From NCBI GenBank assembly GCA_038324055.1, contig JBBQHO010000001.1, positions 1 through 59,037 on the forward strand: a DNA stretch of 59,037 bases, read 5' to 3'. This document shows positions 46,241 to 54,446 of this stretch, in pieces (within the stretch, counting starts at the first letter, position 1; each line of letters begins with the position of its first letter). This DNA is from Polyangiales bacterium (GTDB taxonomy: Bacteria; Myxococcota_A; Polyangia; Polyangiales; Polyangiaceae). A program made the translations under genes and the position numbers. The notes beneath the pieces were generated by a model. It was not told the DNA's origin, made no database searches, and was given only the letters and a program-made list of their open reading frames with translations.

Positions 46241-48775
46241 ATGCGCATTCGTCTTTTCGTCCTTTCCTCGCTGGCTCTGACTTTGGCTGCGGGTGCGACG
46301 GCCGTCGCGCAAACGCCGCTTCAGAGGCCCACGCCCTTGCCGGCGCTCGGGCGCAGCTTGGCGGGCAACGGGGACTCTTCTTCCATCGTGCAGAATCCGG
46401 CCAACCTGATGTTTTTGCCGGGTCCCGAACTGCGTTGGTCTGGCTATTTTCTGGGTGACACCGCTCAGGTGCCGACGCAGGGCCACGCGTTCGGCTTTGC
46501 GCTGCCACTGGGATTTCTGCCTATCGCCACTGGCTTGCGGCTCGATCTGGTTTCGCCCAACGCACTCACCGGCCGTCAGATGTACGGCACGCCTTTTCAG
46601 TACCAGTGGCTCACTTGGGCGATTGCCGCTGGCAATCGCGTGGCGTCGATCGGTTTTTCGTTCGAGCGCTCGTTTTCGAACGTCGCCGAGGCCCACGGTT
46701 TCGGCAGCTGGTCCACCGGCGTCAATCTACGACCCGTCGACTACTTGGGCTTGGCTGGCGTCATTCACCAAGTGGATGCGCCGCTCAGCCAGGGCGGCAT
46801 TCGTTTGGGCACCAGCTACGAAATGGGTCTCGCCTTGCGCCCCACGGGCAACGACGCGCTCGAGCTGGGTCTGGAAGCCAACTACATCGACGAAAGCGGC
46901 GGCTATTGGATTCCGCGCGGCGTTGTCGACGTCGGCATTCCCGAACTGGGTCGGCTGCGCGGCGACGTGGCTTGGAAGGATCCGGGCGGCGACGTCGGCG
47001 CACCTTCCTGGGTTGCGTCCACGACACTGGTCATCACCGGCAACACTCGCAACGGCTCGGCGGAGCTCGCCGTCGGCACACGCTACGGCAGTGGCCTCGG
47101 CAGCAATTCTGCCGAAAAGCCTTGGGAGAACATCAACGTCGATCTGGCTGTGCGAGGATTTCGCGAGACGCACGCGACCGACAATCTGCGCTATGGGCTA
47201 CGCCTGCGCATCGAGGACACGCCGAGCCCGCGCGAGCACGTGCGCCTTTTGCGCCGCCTGTGGCAGATGGCCGACGACGAGAAGAACTTGAAGGCCGTGT
47301 TGCTCGAGCTGCGAGCGTCCCCCGCCGATTCCCTCGCGCACATTCAGGAACTCCAGGACGCCCTGTTTTACCTGCGCTCGAAGGGCAAGAAGGTGTTGTG
47401 CCACCTGGAGGACGGCAGCGGCGCCGCGCTCTACCTATGCGCCGCTGCGGACAAGATTCTGCTCAATCCTGCTGGCAGCATCCGCTACTCGGGTCTCAAG
47501 AGTCAGTCGTTTTACATCAAGGGCTTGCTGGACAAGTTGGGCGTAAAGGCCGACTTCGTACGCATCGGCAAGCACAAGTCCGCCCCCGAGATGTTCGTGC
47601 GCACCGAAGGCAGCGCAACCGCACTCGACGATCGCAGCAACATGCTGCAGCAGGTCGAGATGGAAATGTCCGCTTCGCTGGCCTCGGGTCGACACATCAG
47701 CGTCGAAACCCTTCGCAAATCCGTAGAAAAGGGCCCGTTCACGGCCGCCGAGGCCAAGCGCGCGGAGTTGGTCGACGGCTTCGCCTTCGACGACATGTTG
47801 GGTAAGAAGCTGGACGAACTCGCCGGCGAATCCTTGGTACTCGAAGAGGGCGTGTTCGGTCCCAGTCGTAGCGATCACTTCGGCCCCGAGGGCCGGGTGG
47901 CCATCGTCTACGTCGACGGCGACATGGTCGACGGCCGCAGCCAGACGTTCCCCTTCGTCGGTATCCACACCGCGGGCTCGTACACCATCGCGGAGTCCCT
48001 CAAGCAGGTGCGCGAAGATCCCAGCGTCGGAGCCGTGGTGCTGCGCATCGAAACTGGTGGCGGCTCGGCCATGGCGGCCGACGTGATCTGGCGTGAAGTG
48101 CAGTTGACCGCCGCGCAGAAGCCGGTCGTCGTGTCGATGGGCGCTGCCGCAGCCAGCGGTGGCTACTATATCGCTTCACCCGGCAACTACATCTACGCAA
48201 ACCCACTGACTATCACGGGCAGCATCGGCATCTTCTTTGGCAAAATCGACGTAGCCGGCTTGCTCGGCAAGATCGGCGTGAACGTCGAGACGCTCAAGAC
48301 CACGCCCCACGCGGACGCCGAAGGCGTGTTCCGTCCCTTCAGCCCGAGCGAGCATGAGATCCTCAAGGACAAGATCGAGCAGTTCTACGGTTTGTTCCTG
48401 CGGCGCGTCTCGGACGGTCGCAAGTTGACCAAGGCTCAAGTCGACGCTGTCGGGCGCGGTCGCGTCTGGACGGGACGGCAGGCCAAAGAGCACAAGCTGG
48501 TCGATGATTTGGGTGGCTTGCGTCAGGCGCTGGCCAAGGCGCGCGTTTTGGGCGAACTGCGGGACGATTCGCCGATCTTGGAACTGCCCGTGCCGCAGAC
48601 CTCGATCCTTGGCTACCTGCTGGGCATCGAAGGCCTGAAAGAGCAACTGTCCGGCAGCGCGCCGCCCTTGCCCCGCGAACTCTTCGAGCTCGTGCGAGCC
48701 GTGGCGCCTTACGCCATCTACAAGCCGGATCAGCCCCTCGCACGCCTCGAAAACATGCCCAACTTCCTGCCGTGA
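46241..48775 (+). CDS. sppA: signal peptide peptidase SppA (67K type, two S49 domains) with a ~315 aa N-terminal beta-barrel-like extension
   Basis: Signal peptide MRIRLFVLSSLALTLAAGATAVAQ. NPANL motif at 46394-46408. S49 motifs RIGKHKSAPEMF (Lys domain) and MGAAAASGGYYIASP....ANP.TITGSIGIF (Ser domain). Confidence 0.9.
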   Translation: MRIRLFVLSSLALTLAAGATAVAQTPLQRPTPLPALGRSLAGNGDSSSIVQNPANLMFLPGPELRWSGYFLGDTAQVPTQGHAFGFALPLGFLPIATGLRLDLVSPNALTGRQMYGTPFQYQWLTWAIAAGNRVASIGFSFERSFSNVAEAHGFGSWSTGVNLRPVDYLGLAGVIHQVDAPLSQGGIRLGTSYEMGLALRPTGNDALELGLEANYIDESGGYWIPRGVVDVGIPELGRLRGDVAWKDPGGDVGAPSWVASTTLVITGNTRNGSAELAVGTRYGSGLGSNSAEKPWENINVDLAVRGFRETHATDNLRYGLRLRIEDTPSPREHVRLLRRLWQMADDEKNLKAVLLELRASPADSLAHIQELQDALFYLRSKGKKVLCHLEDGSGAALYLCAAADKILLNPAGSIRYSGLKSQSFYIKGLLDKLGVKADFVRIGKHKSAPEMFVRTEGSATALDDRSNMLQQVEMEMSASLASGRHISVETLRKSVEKGPFTAAEAKRAELVDGFAFDDMLGKKLDELAGESLVLEEGVFGPSRSDHFGPEGRVAIVYVDGDMVDGRSQTFPFVGIHTAGSYTIAESLKQVREDPSVGAVVLRIETGGGSAMAADVIWREVQLTAAQKPVVVSMGAAAASGGYYIASPGNYIYANPLTITGSIGIFFGKIDVAGLLGKIGVNVETLKTTPHADAEGVFRPFSPSEHEILKDKIEQFYGLFLRRVSDGRKLTKAQVDAVGRGRVWTGRQAKEHKLVDDLGGLRQALAKARVLGELRDDSPILELPVPQTSILGYLLGIEGLKEQLSGSAPPLPRELFELVRAVAPYAIYKPDQPLARLENMPNFLP

Positions 48776-49623
48776 CACGCGAACTTCCTCCCACTCTCGA
48801 GCTGCGAGGCTTGGTCCTGGGGACCGAACGGGGGCCGTTGACGTGCGAGGCGCTCGCAACGGGCCATGGCAACGTCGCCTGCTTGGGCGCAGCTCGAGCG
48901 TTGGTCCGCGCCTTCGTCGAACCCGACCGCTTACGCCGCGGCCGTATCCTCTGTCGAAACCGCGAGCTCGGCGCGTCGCTGGCCGAACTCGCGGCCGGGT
49001 TCGTGCCGCACCGACTCGCCGGTGACCCCGAGCTCGACGTCAAGACGACCCTGCTGCTCGGCGCACGGCTCCTGGGTCTGGGTGCGAGCGACGTCCAGCT
49101 GGCGCTCGAACGCGCGCACGCCGCTGGATTCCAGAAAGAGCGCTTGAACCGACTGAGTCCACTCCAAGAGCGTCTGTCCGGACTGGCCCACGGCCTGCTC
49201 GGTCGTCCGCCCCTTCTCATCATCGAAGACCCCTACGTGGAGCTCGATGACGACGGCGCAGCCGCCTTGGAGGAACTGCTCGATCCCGAGCTGGAGACTC
49301 ACCAGTTCATCACCAGCGTCGAAGCGGACTCGCCTTGGTCGCGGCGGCTGCTGGCGCGGGCCGACCAAGTCATTACGGCTGCTGGCGGCGGCCTCCTGGG
49401 GCCATTCGCTCCCGTGGATCTGCCGGTGCGAGGTCTCTGGCTCCAGTGCCGCGAGCCCGGAGTCGCGCAATTGGTCGATGCTCTGCGTGCCGCCAAAGCC
49501 GAGGTCACCCCTACCCCCAGGCCTGGCGTGTTGTTCGTCCGCGGCCTGGGGGGACTGCAGATCCTGCAGCTCGCCGAAGCTGCGGGCGCGCAGGTCGAGG
49601 AACTCTCGCCAAGCAACCCCTGA
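48772..49623 (+). CDS. degenerate ABC-ATPase-like protein (P-loop and signature motif lost)
   Basis: ABC-like order of elements, but Walker A reads CLGAARAL, the signature reads LSPLQ and Walker B reads LLIIEDP. The GTG start overlaps the sppA stop (GTGA). Confidence 0.6.
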   Translation: MTRELPPTLELRGLVLGTERGPLTCEALATGHGNVACLGAARALVRAFVEPDRLRRGRILCRNRELGASLAELAAGFVPHRLAGDPELDVKTTLLLGARLLGLGASDVQLALERAHAAGFQKERLNRLSPLQERLSGLAHGLLGRPPLLIIEDPYVELDDDGAAALEELLDPELETHQFITSVEADSPWSRRLLARADQVITAAGGGLLGPFAPVDLPVRGLWLQCREPGVAQLVDALRAAKAEVTPTPRPGVLFVRGLGGLQILQLAEAAGAQVEELSPSNP

Positions 49624-49663
49624 GTCGTTCGTCGCCTGCGGCCCTCGTGCTATTGAGCCGCCC

Positions 49664-50767
49664 GTGACGGACGGCAAATCGAGCGACAGACAACCGCTGC
49701 AGAGCGCCCGACGGGTGCTCGTGAAGGTGGGATCCCGCATGCTGGCGGAGCGGGCCGATATGCCGGAGCACCTCGCGTTTCAATTGTCGCAGTTGGTCCG
49801 TGAGGGCAAGAGCCCCGTGTTGGTGTCGAGCGGCGCCGTAGCGCTCGGCATGGTGCGCCTGGGGCTCAGCCAACGCCCGACCGAGGTGGCCTGGATGCAG
49901 GCTGCCGCCTCTGCCGGTCAATCGGTGCTCATGCACCGCTACGACAAGGCCTTCGCAGCGCATGGAGTCACGGCTGCGCAAGTGCTCCTCACGCACGGAG
50001 ATTTGGCCGATCGAACACGTCTGAACAACGCCCGCGGCGCGCTCGGTGCGCTGCTCGAGGCGGGCGCAGTACCGATCATCAACGAGAACGACGTGGTAGC
50101 CACCGAAGAGCTCCGCTTCAGCGACAACGATCAGCTCTCGGCCATGGTGGCGCCCCTGGTTGGCGCCGACGCCTTGATTTTGCTTACCGACGTCGACGGT
50201 GTGCTCGACGAAAGTGGCGCCCGGATTCCGGTCATGCAGAGCATCGAAGCATTTCAGGACCGCGGTGCCGCGGCCGGTGCCGTGGGCCGAGGCGGCATGC
50301 GCAGCAAGCTGGACGCAGCGTTCAAAGCTTGCCGTTCGGGCGCCGCCGTCGTGATCGCCAGCGCGCGACGCGAAAACGTCGTACTGGACGTGCTGGCCGG
50401 CGCCGACATTGGGACCTACTTTCCGGCACGCGGCACGATTTTGCGCGCGCGACAGCATTGGATCGCCTACACGCTGCGCCCGTCAGGCACTGTGGTGCTC
50501 GATTCGGGCGCAGTCGAGGCGCTCAAGACCGGGCAGCGCAGCCTTCTGCCAGTGGGCATTTTAGGAGTGCGCGGCGAGTTCCACAGCGGCGCTTCGGTGC
50601 GCTTGGTCGACAGCCAGAACGAGGAGATCGGACGGGGACTCACGCGCCTGGGTTCGGCCGACATTGCTCGTGCCGCTGGCAAGAAGAGCGACGAGCTTCA
50701 AGAGGCCCTGGGCCGCAGCGACGAGACCGTCGTCGTCCACAAGGACGATCTGGTACTACGCGATTGA
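49664..50767 (+). CDS. proB: glutamate 5-kinase with C-terminal PUA domain
   Basis: RRVLVKVGS, VLVSSGAVA.G, PIINENDVVATEELRFSDNDQLSA and a PUA-type C-terminus. GTG 49664 is the first in-frame start upstream of the VKVGS motif. Confidence 0.9.
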   Translation: MTDGKSSDRQPLQSARRVLVKVGSRMLAERADMPEHLAFQLSQLVREGKSPVLVSSGAVALGMVRLGLSQRPTEVAWMQAAASAGQSVLMHRYDKAFAAHGVTAAQVLLTHGDLADRTRLNNARGALGALLEAGAVPIINENDVVATEELRFSDNDQLSAMVAPLVGADALILLTDVDGVLDESGARIPVMQSIEAFQDRGAAAGAVGRGGMRSKLDAAFKACRSGAAVVIASARRENVVLDVLAGADIGTYFPARGTILRARQHWIAYTLRPSGTVVLDSGAVEALKTGQRSLLPVGILGVRGEFHSGASVRLVDSQNEEIGRGLTRLGSADIARAAGKKSDELQEALGRSDETVVVHKDDLVLRD

Positions 50768-50791
50768 GTCGCTTGGTGTAAGGTTCGGATC

Positions 50792-51439
50792 ATGGCGGCG
50801 CTGACTCGCTTTCTCGTTTGGACGGCTCTCCTGATCGGCGTCGTCGTCGGTCTGTTGCGCCTCACGGCTCTGCGTTGGGTGCGCTTGCCCGAGAACGACC
50901 CTGTGCTCGAGACCTCGGTGCTGCCCACTCTGGAGGGTGGCGACTTGATTGTGCTGTGGCGCCTCGGGCGCCCCGGCTTCGGCGACCTCGTGCTCTGCCC
51001 GGAGCCCCACGTGCCCGAGCGGTACGTGGTCGGCCGCATCATCGCCGAAGGAGGAGACAAGGTTCACCTCAAGGAAGGAAAGCCTTTCGTGAACGAGAGG
51101 CAGTTGATCGTCGATCGCAGTTGCGATCCCCCGCTATTCAGCTTTCCCCACCCCGATCGCCCTTCCGAGCAGGTCGAACAGCAGTGCGGCTGGGAAGAGA
51201 TGGGCAGCGCCCTGCACATGATGGGCGATCCGCAGATTGGCAAGATCGTTGCCGAAGATCGCCAGTACGAAGTGCCCGACGGACACTGGTTCTTGCTCAG
51301 CGACAACCGCCATTTCTCTTACGATTCACGTGACTTTGGCTACATCGACGCGAGCACCTGCAAGGAGTTGGTGTTGGCTCGACTGGTCAGCCGACGCGGC
51401 TGGACCGACGCCAAGCGTCGGATCACCTACATCCAGTAG
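50792..51439 (+). CDS. lepB: signal peptidase I (S26)
   Basis: N-terminal TM segment, Ser box SVLPTLEGGD, RIIAEGGDKV, and Lys-region/box E motifs VPDGHWFLLSDNRHFSYDSRDFG. Confidence 0.85.
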   Translation: MAALTRFLVWTALLIGVVVGLLRLTALRWVRLPENDPVLETSVLPTLEGGDLIVLWRLGRPGFGDLVLCPEPHVPERYVVGRIIAEGGDKVHLKEGKPFVNERQLIVDRSCDPPLFSFPHPDRPSEQVEQQCGWEEMGSALHMMGDPQIGKIVAEDRQYEVPDGHWFLLSDNRHFSYDSRDFGYIDASTCKELVLARLVSRRGWTDAKRRITYIQ

Positions 51440-51560
51440 ATTTTCTTCGATAAGTGCACATCGGGGCCAGCTGGCACGCGCGGCTCGCCCCCTTCCCACG
51501 GTCACGAAACCGTAAGAAGGTGGACCAACAGCGGGCTGACGGTCCGCCGCGAAGGACGCC

Positions 51561-52337
51561 ATGGACCAAGCCAAATTCTTTCCCTGCGCCGCCTGCCAAG
51601 CGCTCATTCCTCCGGGACACAAGTTCTGCGGTCGCTGTGGTGAGACGACGCCGCCGGAGGTGTTGAACGTAGCGATCGATTACTTCGGCGATCTGCAGGA
51701 TCCGTCCAAGGCGAGTCTGGTGGTCATCCGTGGCGAAGGCATGGAAGGTCTGAGTTACCACCTGCGTGCGACTGAGCATTTGCTGGGCCGGCAGGGGCAG
51801 ATCCAGCTGGAGGATCCCTTCCTCTCGGCGCGCCACGCCAATCTGCTCTATCGCCATGCCCAACTTACGCTGCGGGACGAGAATTCCCTCAACGGCACGT
51901 TCGTGCGCATTCGCGGCAAAACGAAACTCGCGCCCGGCGACACGTTCTTGGTTGGCGACCAGTTGTTTCGCGTCGAACCGATGCCCACCGTCACCGAGCA
52001 CACCGACTCGGCGGGCACGTTTTTTTACGCTTCGCCCAGCTACTCGAGCACGTTCCGCGTCGTACAGTTGCTGGAGGGCGCCGGCAGCGGATTGGCCCAT
52101 TGTCCTCGCGGTTCGCGGGTCACGATTGGTCGCCGAGGGTGCGACATCAACGTCTTCGACGACGTGCACTTGTCCGAAGAACATTGCGCTATCGAGCAAG
52201 ATGCGGACGGCTTCTCGCTGACCGATCTCGAATCGAAGAACGGCACCTACGTCCGCCTCAAGCGCGAGCAGCCGCTGGACCATGGCGACTATTTCGTCGT
52301 CGGCCGGAAGCTACTCCGCGTCGACATGAATGCGTGA
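51561..52337 (+). CDS. zinc-ribbon + two FHA domains protein
   Basis: CAAC...FCGRCG zinc ribbon. FHA 1: LGRQG.I.L.DPFLSARHA.L......L.DE.SLNGTFV. FHA 2: TIGRRGCDINVFDDVHLSEEHC......F.L.DL.SKNGTYV. Confidence 0.85.
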   Translation: MDQAKFFPCAACQALIPPGHKFCGRCGETTPPEVLNVAIDYFGDLQDPSKASLVVIRGEGMEGLSYHLRATEHLLGRQGQIQLEDPFLSARHANLLYRHAQLTLRDENSLNGTFVRIRGKTKLAPGDTFLVGDQLFRVEPMPTVTEHTDSAGTFFYASPSYSSTFRVVQLLEGAGSGLAHCPRGSRVTIGRRGCDINVFDDVHLSEEHCAIEQDADGFSLTDLESKNGTYVRLKREQPLDHGDYFVVGRKLLRVDMNA

Positions 52338-52361
52338 GCCCAACAGGCTGAGCCCAACAGG
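52335..52361. repeat. tandem direct repeat TGAGCCCAACAGG (x2, 14-nt period) including the FHA gene stop codon
   Basis: Seen directly: TGAGCCCAACAGG at 52335-52347, C at 52348, then TGAGCCCAACAGG at 52349-52361. Confidence 0.9.
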
Positions 52362-52365
52362 GCTC
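52350..52365. terminator. hairpin GAGCCC-AACA-GGGCTC between convergent FHA and pcnB genes
   Basis: 6-bp perfect stem and 4-nt loop in the 32-nt convergent spacer. No U-tract. Confidence 0.3.
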
Positions 52366-52369
52366 GAAG

Positions 52370-53809
52370 TCAGTCGTTCGGGATCTTGCCCGGCTTCTTG
52401 CGGCGCTTGCGCTTGGCCCGACCTTCGGTGACGGCGGTCAGCGGCAGGGGCTTCTCGACGCGCGCTGCGCGTCGCAGATCAGCCAGCTCTTCGGTCAGGG
52501 CGTAGAGCGGATTCTTTTTGTAGCGGTCGCCGCGCCCCTGCTCGATGCGCGGCAAGAGCGCGACGATGCGGCGCACGGAGTCGGCAATGCGGCGCGGCAG
52601 ATTGAGCCGTTCGACTACGGGTTCTAGGAAATCGTTGGCGCCGCGCGCCGGATCGGAGCCGAAGGCGCAGGCTTCGCTGAGCGGCTCGAGCAGAAGTGCA
52701 GCCCAGAGCAGCACGTCGTCGAGTGGCTTCTCGTCCGCCTTGGTGCGCCGATCGACCTCCGACAACAGGCGCCAGACCGAGTCATCGTCGGCTGCATCGG
52801 CCAAGTACGACGACAGCTCGGGCAACAGCATGTCGAGCACCCCCGTCTCCCAACACAACCACATCGAGCGATGCGAAGCTCCACCGCGCATGAGGCGCAA
52901 GACCTCTTCGGACAGGCGCGGACGCGCAGCCATGGCCAATGCGCCGCGACACTGCACGATGGCCTCGTAGACCTCGGGCGTCATGCCAAAGTCGATGCGC
53001 GCCGCGAATTTGATGGCGCGCAGGATGCGCACGGGATCTTCCTGAAAGCGCACCAAAGGATCACCGATGGTGTGAACGGTACGGCTGTCGATGTGCGCCA
53101 TGCCCCCGACCCAGTCGAGCACCGAGCCATCTTCCAGGTCGTAAAACAGCGCGTTGATGGTGAAGTCGCGCCTGAGCGCGTCTTCGTGGGCTTCGCCGAA
53201 CACGTTGTCCGAGCGAATCAGCAGATCGTCTGCATCGCCGTCGGTGGCCGGGAGCGGATTCTTTCGAAAGGTCGCGGTTTCGACGATGTGATTGCCACCG
53301 AACAAGACGTGAACAAGACGGAAGCGCCGCCCGATCACTCGGGAGTTGCGAAATAGTGATCGCACTTCTTCGGGGCGCGCACTCGTCGCGACGTCGAAGT
53401 CCTTCGGCCTTTGCCCGACCAACAGATCGCGGACGCAGCCACCGACCAGGTAGGCCTCATGGCCCTGCCGGGTCAGCCGCTGGACCACCTTGGCGGCGTC
53501 TGCATTGATCAGCTCCTTGTCGAAGCGAACGCTCATGCGCGCGGGCGTTGGGCCACCCGAACTGGGTCGGCGAACGATCGGAGCCTGTTCCCCTTCGAAG
53601 GAGCTGTCGGCACGTGGCGCGCGCCTCGGTTCACGCGGTTCGCGCGGAGGACGGGGAACCGTCGGCTTCGCTTCGCGCACATCGCCGTGCTGCGCCCCAC
53701 CGTTACGTTCTTCACGACGGGCGCGCCGACGCTCCAACCGGCGGGCCACGTCACTGTCGCCGAGGTCGATCGGGCGGGTTGCTTTGGGGCGCTCTGTCTC
53801 GGAAGCCAT
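52370..53809 (-). CDS. pcnB: poly(A) polymerase I (tRNA nucleotidyltransferase superfamily)
   Basis: GHEAYLVGGCVRDLLVG.RPKDFDVATSA.PEEVRSLFRNSRVIGRRFRLVHV closely follows the PcnB pattern. Basic N- and C-terminal tails. The start could be 53809 (MASETE) or 53863. Confidence 0.9.
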   Translation of the reverse strand: MASETERPKATRPIDLGDSDVARRLERRRARREERNGGAQHGDVREAKPTVPRPPREPREPRRAPRADSSFEGEQAPIVRRPSSGGPTPARMSVRFDKELINADAAKVVQRLTRQGHEAYLVGGCVRDLLVGQRPKDFDVATSARPEEVRSLFRNSRVIGRRFRLVHVLFGGNHIVETATFRKNPLPATDGDADDLLIRSDNVFGEAHEDALRRDFTINALFYDLEDGSVLDWVGGMAHIDSRTVHTIGDPLVRFQEDPVRILRAIKFAARIDFGMTPEVYEAIVQCRGALAMAARPRLSEEVLRLMRGGASHRSMWLCWETGVLDMLLPELSSYLADAADDDSVWRLLSEVDRRTKADEKPLDDVLLWAALLLEPLSEACAFGSDPARGANDFLEPVVERLNLPRRIADSVRRIVALLPRIEQGRGDRYKKNPLYALTEELADLRRAARVEKPLPLTAVTEGRAKRKRRKKPGKIPND

Positions 53810-53945
53810 GAAATGCGGGCGGGAACGAGCCGGGACGCTAGGGCCAACGGATCCGCCCATCAAGCAGCGGGGAGGAGCGCGCTCCGCTCAGGCGTTTCGT
53901 GGCCCCCACTTGCCCGCGGGACCTCCCTCTTGCTGTAGTCGCCCC

Positions 53946-54446
53946 ATGGACCCGAGCTCGCCAGAGCTGGACGCGCTGGTGGTGCTGGGCTGCAAAGTGC
54001 ACGAAGGCGCGCCGAGTGCAGCCCTCGAGAGAAGGCTCGTGCGGGCACTGCAGTCGAAGTGCGCCGCGCCGCTCGTCGTCATGAGCGGCGGCAAGACTTG
54101 GGCGGGCGACTCGGAAGCAGAAGTGATGGCAGCCTGGTGGCGAACCAGCGAAAGCACCGGCGACTCGACATCTGCCGTCGAGCTTCTGCTCGAAAGCGGT
54201 TCGCTGACAACACGCCAGAACGCATTGTACACAGCCCGTTTGCTGCGCCCGCGTAGCGTGCGACGCATTGGCTTGGTGACCTGCGACTACCACATGTGGC
54301 GCGCGGGTTGGCTGTTTCGCTCACAGGGTTTCCTCGTCGTGCCGCTGGCCGCGCGCGTCGAACGCACTTGGGCCGAGCGCACGCGCCTGGCGCTCCGAGA
54401 ATCGCTTGCCTGTTGCCTCAGCGGCTTCGAGAGGACGAGGCCATGA
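53946..54446 (+). CDS. YdcF/ElyC-like DUF218 protein
   Basis: LVVLGCKV...G.PS..L..R, VVMSGG, TTRQNA and GLVTCDYHM.RA match the DUF218 pattern. Confidence 0.8.
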   Translation: MDPSSPELDALVVLGCKVHEGAPSAALERRLVRALQSKCAAPLVVMSGGKTWAGDSEAEVMAAWWRTSESTGDSTSAVELLLESGSLTTRQNALYTARLLRPRSVRRIGLVTCDYHMWRAGWLFRSQGFLVVPLAARVERTWAERTRLALRESLACCLSGFERTRP

